A stretch of DNA of 64,000 bases, taken from an uncultured Gemmatimonadales bacterium (GTDB lineage: Bacteria > Gemmatimonadota > Gemmatimonadetes > Gemmatimonadales > GWC2-71-9). The position numbers and the translations under genes were made by a program. Position 1 is the first letter of the stretch; each line of letters starts with the position of its first letter. The stretch spans positions 253,514 to 317,513 of the forward strand of contig OY970263.1 in the NCBI GenBank assembly GCA_963715665.1, read 5' to 3'. The notes under the pieces are model-generated. The model was given only the letters and a program-made list of their open reading frames with translations. It did no database searches and had not been told where the DNA came from. Below, piece after piece: positions 57,363 through 64,000 of this stretch.

Positions 57363-58276
57363 TGTCCGCTGTCCTTGCCCATGATCTGCACGAACAACTC
57401 CTCAAGGGATTGCCGCTCGGGAGTGACCCCGAAGACGTCGGCGCCGGCAGTGACCAGGTGCCGGACGATCTCGGGCAGCAGGTCTTCGGTCGGCAATGTG
57501 AAGCGCAGGAGGCCGGCATCGAGGGTGGCGTCGCCGGCCCAGCGGTCCATCGCGGCGAGCGCCGCGGGGGAGATGTTGACGGCGCGGATCACGACCCGGA
57601 CATCCCGGGTCCGTTCGGCCCGCAGGTCGAGGGACGTCACCAGCTGCCCGGTGCGGATGAACGCGACCCGGTCGCAGGTGACCTCGATTTCGCTGAGGAT
57701 GTGGGAATTGAGGAACACCGTGGCGCCGCGCGCCCGCTCGGCACGGAGAATGTCGCGGACCAGCCGGCGTCCCATCGGGTCGAGTCCCGAGGTCGGTTCG
57801 TCGAGGAAGATCAGGTCGGGTTCATGGACAATGGCCTGCGCCAGGCCAATCCGCTGCAGCATCCCCTTCGAGTAGCCCCGGATGCGACGGCGTTCCACAC
57901 CCTCGAGCCCCACCTGCGACATGACCTCGGGGATCCGGCGCTGCAGCGCGGCCCGCGGCATGCCGGCCAGCTGCCCGTGCAGTTCCAGCAATTCGCGGCC
58001 GGTCAGCCAGTCGTAGAAGCGGAAGTCCTCGGGAAGAAAACCGATCCGGCGCCGCATCGCCGCGTGGTCCGGTGCGCTGCCGAGGACTTCGGCGCGCCCC
58101 GACGTGGGATGGACGAGGCCGAGGAGCATCTTGATCGAGGTGCTCTTGCCGGCGCCGTTGGGACCGAGAAAGCCGAAGATCTCGCCCCGCCGGACTTCGA
58201 GCGAGAGCCCGCCGACGGCGGTGTGCGCGCCGTAGACCTTGCGGAGGTTCTCGGTCCGGATCGCGAGGTCAGCCAT
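57359..58276 (-). CDS. ABC transporter ATP-binding protein
   Basis: Walker A (GPNGAGKST), signature (YSKGMLQR) and Walker B (IFLDEPTSGLD). Confidence 0.9.
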   Translation of the reverse strand: MADLAIRTENLRKVYGAHTAVGGLSLEVRRGEIFGFLGPNGAGKSTSIKMLLGLVHPTSGRAEVLGSAPDHAAMRRRIGFLPEDFRFYDWLTGRELLELHGQLAGMPRAALQRRIPEVMSQVGLEGVERRRIRGYSKGMLQRIGLAQAIVHEPDLIFLDEPTSGLDPMGRRLVRDILRAERARGATVFLNSHILSEIEVTCDRVAFIRTGQLVTSLDLRAERTRDVRVVIRAVNISPAALAAMDRWAGDATLDAGLLRFTLPTEDLLPEIVRHLVTAGADVFGVTPERQSLEELFVQIMGKDSGQ

Positions 58277-58294
58277 GGATGGGGACGTCCCGGT

Positions 58295-59218
58295 TCACTG
58301 GCCGTCGATCCGGTTGGCGATGGACTCGCCGTCGGCGGGATTGCCGTAGCCGGTCAGCGAGTAGACGATGCCGTTGCGGGCCCAGACCAGCAGATACGCC
58401 GGACCGCGCCGGCCGCCGGCACCGAAGAGCAGTCCCGGCGCGCCGGCGACCGTCACCGTGTCGAAGCTGCGGATGAAGCGCGGCGGCGAGAGCGCAAGCG
58501 TGGAGCGCCAATCGAGCCGGCGCTGGAATGTGGCGGCGCGGTCGGGGCTGAGGCCGGAGAGTTCGAGGGCGATCTCGACCAGTTGTTCGAACGCGACGCC
58601 GGGTGGTGCGGTGGCGACGACCTGCGGTGTTTCGGTCAGTTCGATGCAGTCGGCGACATTGGCCGGCAGCGGCGGTGGACCCTGCACCTGGGTTGCCAGC
58701 GTGGCCGGCGCCGGGCCGGGACAGTGACCATAACGCAGTTCGACGGCGGGCGGTGTGTGCATCGTCACGGCGGCGCCCTGGACCGACGCGGGCACCGTGA
58801 CACCGCTCTGGCCGGCTTCGGCGAGAATGGTCCGGAAACGCTGCCGGTCAATGGCAACGGTGACGTCGTGGGCGCCGGTAATGCTGATCGATGGGGTATC
58901 CGGGCGGCCCCGTGGCAGCTGCGGGACGAATCCCGCGATGGCACCGGCGTCTGCCGTGGTGGCGGCGGTCCGGTTGGGACCGTTGTGCTCGCTGGACGCG
59001 CTGTCGGCGAGCATCCCCGCGACGAGCTCCTGGATGTGGTACGTGGCGCCCGGGGCCGCGGGAAGGTTCACGGCGACCGATTGTGGGCGCGCGATGCGCA
59101 GCGAGGCGAGGAAGCGTTCGAAGAGCTGTCGCCCCGGTGCCGACAGGAGCACCGCGACCGCGACGAGTGTTCCTGTAATCCACCACCAGCCGCGGTGCAA
59201 TCCAGAGCGCGTGGTCAT
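58295..59218 (-). CDS. membrane-anchored hypothetical protein
   Basis: ATG 59218 and a TM helix (WWWITGTLVAVAVLL). First gene of the ABC-2 operon. CTATCTT lies 10 nt upstream of the ATG. Confidence 0.5.
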   Translation of the reverse strand: MTTRSGLHRGWWWITGTLVAVAVLLSAPGRQLFERFLASLRIARPQSVAVNLPAAPGATYHIQELVAGMLADSASSEHNGPNRTAATTADAGAIAGFVPQLPRGRPDTPSISITGAHDVTVAIDRQRFRTILAEAGQSGVTVPASVQGAAVTMHTPPAVELRYGHCPGPAPATLATQVQGPPPLPANVADCIELTETPQVVATAPPGVAFEQLVEIALELSGLSPDRAATFQRRLDWRSTLALSPPRFIRSFDTVTVAGAPGLLFGAGGRRGPAYLLVWARNGIVYSLTGYGNPADGESIANRIDGQ

Positions 59219-59288
59219 CGTCCGGCCAAGATAGGACCGGCGACCTTTCACTACGATGACAACGCGGCGTGGTGCGCGCGAGCGCCGA

Positions 59289-59807
59289 TCAGACGCCGTA
59301 CCGTTCGCGAAGCTGCCCGGTGTGGTGCCGTTCATGCCCGGCAATGACGTACGCCGCCGCACGGGCCGACATCGGGTTGCCGCTGGCGGTGCCCCGCCGG
59401 GCAAGCTGCGCGTCGGTCATTCCGCCAAAGAGCGCCACCGTTGCCGCACGCACCGCGGCGAATTCGGCCACCAGGCTGTCGAGGGTCCGCTGGTCGGCGC
59501 CCGACTCGGGGGTGTAGGCGTTCTCGTCGAACGACGGCAGCGGGGTCGTGTCGCCGCGCGAGAAGCACATCGCGCGATACCCGAAGACCCGCTCGGTGTC
59601 GATGATGTGTCCGAGCACTTCCTGCACGCTCCATTTGCCCGGGGCGTAGCGGAAGTGGGCCTTCTCCGGCGGGATGGCGCGGAACATCGCCGCCGTCGCG
59701 GCACCGGCCCGCGACAGCTCCGCGAGGAGGTCGCCGTCGGGGACCAGCGCGATGTAGCGGCTGTAGTACGGAGCATGTTCGTCGGCGGCGGGGCGGGGAA
59801 TCGGCAT
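59289..59807 (-). CDS. DinB-family protein
   Basis: WSVQEVLGHIID...AGHERHHTGQL carries the His triad of the DinB/YfiT fold. Confidence 0.75.
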   Translation of the reverse strand: MPIPRPAADEHAPYYSRYIALVPDGDLLAELSRAGAATAAMFRAIPPEKAHFRYAPGKWSVQEVLGHIIDTERVFGYRAMCFSRGDTTPLPSFDENAYTPESGADQRTLDSLVAEFAAVRAATVALFGGMTDAQLARRGTASGNPMSARAAAYVIAGHERHHTGQLRERYGV

Positions 59808-60425
59808 CTGCGGCTCGGTGGGTATGGGACTTGAGTGGGGTCGCTGGCGGATAACGATAGCGGGACGCAGGGGCCGGCCGCGGGGGCGCGGCGCGATTCA
59901 GTGGGCGGCGGCCTACGAGGGGTTGCCATTCCGATTCGGCAGGTTGGGAATCGGCCGGTGCGGTGACGGCAACCACCGGGACGATGAGGCGGACCTCGGC
60001 GGTGTGCCGCGGGCCGACGATCACCGCGGTGGCGGTGTCCGCTGATGGAATCTGCTGGGCCGGGGCGGCGCTCGCCGCGAGGGCGACGAGCGCGTTGATC
60101 AGGGATGCTGCTGCCATGCCTGTGGGCCTTGCCGGAGACGGGAGAAGCGGAAACCTTTCCCCGGTCACGCCGTACCACTCCTGTCCCGTTGCCACCATCC
60201 CGATGCAATTGACAGCCCCACCGGGGTGGCGTACCCTAGACGACCTCTTGTGGAGACCGCCGATGGCCACGTGGTATCACGTGACGGCCCCGTATCCTCC
60301 CCTGCATGTCCAGCCGGGTGACGTGATCCGGTACGAACCCGGCAGCGAAGACCCGGTGGAGATCTACCGGCCGCTGGGGGAGGACAGCGTCGGGGCGTTC
60401 TGGCGCGCCGTGCAGGCCGGCGCGG

Positions 60426-60914
60426 TTACGCCCGTTTCCGACGACGCGACGCCCGAGCTCGACCTCCACCGAGCAGTCCCCGCTGCGCCAGTTCCGCCCG
60501 ATGACGCCGAGCCGCGGCCACCGTTGCGGATGGTGAGGTAGGGGCAGCCTTCCGCCCCCGGCCTGCGGGCTTGGCGGGCTTGACGCTGTCACGGAGTGCG
60601 GTGACATCGGAGAGCACCGCCTGCATGGCGGCGCGCCAGCCGGCCTGATAGGCGGCCTTGTTCATGTCGTCGCGGGCCTGGTTCGGGAAGACCGGCAGTT
60701 CGCCGGTCATCAGCCAGCCGACCCGTGCGCCGGTCCGTGACGCAATCAATTCCGCCATGCCGAGCGTCAGCGCCTGCTTGCCGGAAACGATGCGGGAAAC
60801 CGACGCGGCCGTGGTGCCGATCTCGTCGGCGAGCTGCGATTGGCTGATGTCGAGCATCCGCAGGAGTTCGGCGAGCTGGTCGCCCGGGTGAGACTGTGGT
60901 GTCGGTCGCGGCAT
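60426..60914 (-). CDS. XRE-family transcriptional regulator with C-terminal extension
   Basis: HTH (ISQSQLADEIGTTAASVSRIVSGK), then RVGWLMTGELP. Paralogous architecture to 37872..38330. Confidence 0.65.
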   Translation of the reverse strand: MPRPTPQSHPGDQLAELLRMLDISQSQLADEIGTTAASVSRIVSGKQALTLGMAELIASRTGARVGWLMTGELPVFPNQARDDMNKAAYQAGWRAAMQAVLSDVTALRDSVKPAKPAGRGRKAAPTSPSATVAAARRHRAELAQRGLLGGGRARASRRRKRA

Positions 60915-61187
60915 TCGAGGTTATGCTCCGAGAGTAAGGCGTTCAAGGTTGTCATCGACGAACCAGCCACACCGGGTCGCGGCGCCGCTGTGCAGGTGTA
61001 AAAGATCGACTGCCAGCCGCGTCAGCGCCAGTCCCCCCCTTGACATCGGGGGCCCGCGGGGCTGGGTGGGAGGGGCTCCGGCGACCCCGGCGCGGGGCGG
61101 CGCATCCAGTGATGTGACCCGCACCACCGGTCGTATCCGTGCGGCGCGCCGCGAACCCGACCGACCCTGACCGCCAGCGGAATTCCG

Positions 61188-63629
61188 ATGCCCCGACTCT
61201 GGACTGACCTGCGCTACGCCGCCCGGAAACTCGCTGCCGCCCCCGGTTTCACGCTGGTGGCGGTGCTCACGCTGGCGCTGGGGATCGGTGCGACGACCGC
61301 CGTCTTCAGCATCGTCGACACGGTCTTGCTCAAGCCGTTGCCGTATCCCGACGGTGACCGCCTGGTGCGGATCTTCACGGTCGGCCGGGACGGCAATCCG
61401 CGTCCGATGTCGTACCTCGACTTCATCGACTATCGCGCCGGAAGCCACGCGGTGGCCGAAATGGCCTCGATCGACCCGGAGACCGAGAACCTCACCGGCG
61501 ACGGCGGCGCGCCGCTGAAGCTGAGTGCCGCCCGGGTGAGCGCCGACTTCTTTTCGGTGTTGCGCGTGCCGATGGTGCTGGGCAACGGCCTGGCGACGGA
61601 CGCCGACCGCCCCGGTACCGCTGAGACGGCGGTGCTCTCCGAAGGGTTGTGGCGGAGCCGATTCGGTGCGGACCGGGGAATCATCGGCCGGGCGATCGTG
61701 CTGAACGGCCGCCCGGTGACGGTGGTCGGCGTGGCACCGCGCTCGGTGATCACGCCGGCCGGCACCGAACTCTGGCTGGCCGCCGTGCCGTCGCCCGACG
61801 ACCTCGATCCCGGTGCGCGCGGCGCGCATTACCTCGCCGGCATCGGGCGGCTCGCGCCGGGGGCGACGGCGGCCGGGGCCGACGCCGAATTGCGGGCCAT
61901 CGCCGCCCGGCTGGCCGCGGCGTATCCGCAGACCGACGCAGAATTCTCCGCCGGAGCCGGCGACCTGCGCGCGCTGATGGTGCAGCAGGTGAAGCCGGCC
62001 CTCGAGATGTTGCTGGCGTGTGTCGGCTGCCTGCTGCTGTTGGCGTGCGCCAACGTGGCCAACCTGTTGCTGATCCGGGCGGCGGCCCGCGACGCGGAGA
62101 TGGCGGTGCGCAGCGCGCTGGGCGCCGGGGCGTGGCGCCTGGTGCGTCAGCTGCTGGCCGAGAGCGCGCTGCTGGTGCTGGGCGGCGTGGTACTGGGGAC
62201 AGCACTCGCGGGCTGGGCGATTGCGATCGTCAAGGCCGCCGGGCCGCCGGGGCTGCCGCGATTGAATCAGGTGCACATCGACGGGCGCCTGCTGCTGTTC
62301 ACCGCGGCGGTTGCGGTGACGACGGCGGTCCTCTTCGGCCTCGTGCCGGCGTGGCACGCGCTGCGCACCGACGTCGCCGACACCCTCCGGAGCGGCGGCC
62401 GCGGCGGGACGGTGCAGCGGCGCAGCCACCGGGTGCGGTCGGTGCTGGCGGTCATCGAGCTGTCGATGGCGCTGGCCCTGCTGGTCGGCGCCGGGTTGCT
62501 GACCCGGAGCCTGATCCGGCTGGTGAACGTCGACCCCGGGTTCCGGCCCGATCGGGTCGTGACGATGTCGGTCTCGCTGCCGGGGCAGCGCTACCCGTGG
62601 GACAAGCAGGCGCGCGCGTTCGGCGACCAGCTGGTGGCGGCGATGCGGGCGGTGCCCGGCGTCGAAGCCGCCGCGGTCGCCTTCGGGCGTCCGCTCGATC
62701 CGAACGCGATGCGGCTCACCTTCAATCGGGACGATCAACCGCCGACGCCGCCGGGGCACCCCGACGTCTCCGACATCCGGATGGTCTCGCCGGATTTCTT
62801 CCGGGTCCTCGGTGTCCATTTCCTGGCGGGTCATGCCTTCACCGACCAGCAGCGCGGCGGCGATCCGCTGCGCGTCGTGGTGAGCGAGGCGTTCGTCAAG
62901 CAGTACTTCCCCAACGAATCGCCGCTCGGCAAGCACATCACCTTCGGCTGGACCCGCGACACGTCGGCGGCGGGGCAGCAGGTGGCCACGTCGGGCGAGA
63001 TCATCGGCGTGGTCCCCGATATCGAGCAGCGCGGCCCGGCGGCGCCGCCGGTGCCGGCGGTGTACGTCGATTTTGAACAGGTGCCGGTGACGTATGTCTC
63101 GCTCCTGGTCCGGTCGCGGGGTGATCCACGCCAGGTAATGAACGCGGGAAGAGCCGCGATCCGGACACTCGACCCGGACCTGCCGGTGTTCGGCGTGGAA
63201 ACGATGGACGCGGCGCTGTCGCAGGCGGTGGCCGAGCCGCGGTTCTACGCCCTGCTGCTCGGGTCGTTTGCGGTCATCGCCCTGTTGCTGGCCGGGCTGG
63301 GGCTCTACGGCGTGATCGCCTACAGCGTCTCCCAGCGCACCCGCGAGCTGGGTATCCGCATCGCCCTCGGCGCGGGGCGGGGCCGCGTGGTCGGGATGGT
63401 GCTCCGCCAGGGGGTGGCGCTGGTGGCGGTCGGGGTAGTGGTCGGCCTGGTTCTCGCGGCAATGCTCGGTCGGCTGCTGAGTGCCGAACTCTTTGGCGTG
63501 ACACCCCACGACACGGTGACCTTCTGCGCGGTCCCGGCGGTGCTCGCGGTGGTGGCGATCGTCGCGACGTGGGTTCCGGCGCGTCGGGCGGCGCGAGTCG
63601 ATCCGCTGATCGCGATGCGGGAGGAGTAG
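61188..63629 (+). CDS. duplicated FtsX/MacB-type permease (ADOP family)
   Basis: 813 aa. The start (LRYAARKLAAAPGFTLVAVLTLALGIGATTAVFS) and the two FtsX halves, each ending in a ...R.DP..A.R.E-like motif, fit the ADOP family. Confidence 0.85.
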   Translation: MPRLWTDLRYAARKLAAAPGFTLVAVLTLALGIGATTAVFSIVDTVLLKPLPYPDGDRLVRIFTVGRDGNPRPMSYLDFIDYRAGSHAVAEMASIDPETENLTGDGGAPLKLSAARVSADFFSVLRVPMVLGNGLATDADRPGTAETAVLSEGLWRSRFGADRGIIGRAIVLNGRPVTVVGVAPRSVITPAGTELWLAAVPSPDDLDPGARGAHYLAGIGRLAPGATAAGADAELRAIAARLAAAYPQTDAEFSAGAGDLRALMVQQVKPALEMLLACVGCLLLLACANVANLLLIRAAARDAEMAVRSALGAGAWRLVRQLLAESALLVLGGVVLGTALAGWAIAIVKAAGPPGLPRLNQVHIDGRLLLFTAAVAVTTAVLFGLVPAWHALRTDVADTLRSGGRGGTVQRRSHRVRSVLAVIELSMALALLVGAGLLTRSLIRLVNVDPGFRPDRVVTMSVSLPGQRYPWDKQARAFGDQLVAAMRAVPGVEAAAVAFGRPLDPNAMRLTFNRDDQPPTPPGHPDVSDIRMVSPDFFRVLGVHFLAGHAFTDQQRGGDPLRVVVSEAFVKQYFPNESPLGKHITFGWTRDTSAAGQQVATSGEIIGVVPDIEQRGPAAPPVPAVYVDFEQVPVTYVSLLVRSRGDPRQVMNAGRAAIRTLDPDLPVFGVETMDAALSQAVAEPRFYALLLGSFAVIALLLAGLGLYGVIAYSVSQRTRELGIRIALGAGRGRVVGMVLRQGVALVAVGVVVGLVLAAMLGRLLSAELFGVTPHDTVTFCAVPAVLAVVAIVATWVPARRAARVDPLIAMREE

Positions 63630-63673
63630 CGGGGCACCCTGTCGTGACGCGACGACGACGGGTATCGTTGCAC

Positions 63674-64000
63674 ATGCCGCTCGATGGCCGGTTCAGGGCG
63701 CTTGCGCCGATGCGTCACGCCGCGCGTTGCGTTGTCGTTACCACGCTCGCCGCGTTGTCGCTGGCCGTCGTGACACCCCTCCCGGCGTGTGCGCAACAGC
63801 CGGTACCTCCCGAGATGCAGCAGCTCGAAACCCGGTTCATGCAGTCGGTCGCCCGCGGTGGGCTCGACGCGTGGGTCGCAGCGTTCTCCGACAGTGCGGT
63901 GATCTTCCGGGCCGACCACCAGATCCTCCGCGGTCACGCGGTGATCCGCGAGGGCATGGCGACGGTCTTCTCCGACAGCAGCGTGCACGTGGTCTGGCGT
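63674..64000 (+). CDS. secreted SnoaL/DUF4440-like protein, N-terminal part (runs off right edge)
   Basis: My own translation from ATG 63674: a signal peptide (...PLPACAQQ), then LETRFMQSVARGGLDAWVAAFSDSAVIF. Absent from the ORF track because it has no stop in the window. Confidence 0.45.
   Translation, partial: MPLDGRFRALAPMRHAARCVVVTTLAALSLAVVTPLPACAQQPVPPEMQQLETRFMQSVARGGLDAWVAAFSDSAVIFRADHQILRGHAVIREGMATVFSDSSVHVVWR

Noticed and set aside
59810-60118. Minus-strand ORF beginning with a good signal peptide (MAAASLINALVALAASAAPAQQ)
   Set aside because: It has no stop before it runs ~475 nt into the DinB gene in another frame, so I cannot define a gene. It may be a small secreted protein whose stop is hidden by an indel.
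60263-60541. 93-aa + strand ORF (MATWYHVTAPYPPLHV...)
   Set aside because: It overlaps the 3' part of the XRE regulator on the other strand and has no motif or SD. The evidence is insufficient.

Overview
High-GC bacterial chromosomal segment. Two 60-nt lines I counted by hand gave about 73% GC in the backbone (8401-8460) and about 50% in the accessory part (41101-41160). The gene content (a duplicated ADOP/MacB-type FtsX permease, a TolC-MacA-MacB operon with four tandem permease paralogues, a BshB-like deacetylase) suggests a Gemmatimonadota/Acidobacteriota-like organism; this is inference only. Positions 1-30.8 kb are mostly housekeeping: esterase, grpE-dnaJ, ppk, mnmA, cysteine desulfurase, two large sensor kinases, the efflux operon, a VapBC-type toxin-antitoxin pair and comM. 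Positions 30.8-53.4 kb are a lower-GC accessory array built on comM. The last ~486 nt of comM recur twice more, and a 50-nt core of it recurs once more. Each extra copy is preceded by a small XRE gene and the two long copies are followed by an HTH regulator. The segments between carry two IS3-family elements and cargo genes. The most interesting cargo is a cassette seen three times (682-2540, 39966-44185, 47291-53430): a secreted, acidic, Cys-rich small peptide, a membrane-anchored DsbA-like oxidoreductase, and paralogous six-bladed beta-propeller proteins with a GxGPGEF motif (five copies). I cannot match this to any described system. Positions 53.5-64 kb return to backbone: FHA-PrsW fusion, YHS protein, OMP, ABC-2 transporter, DinB, XRE regulator, ADOP permease. 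Other structure includes GC-rich heptamer tandem arrays at four intergenic sites, a pentanucleotide VNTR, and a G12 tract that fuses two ORFs. There are at least 8 frameshifts, 7 of them in three MacB-type permease paralogues, so the sequence may contain indel errors. No rRNA, tRNA or CRISPR array was recognised.
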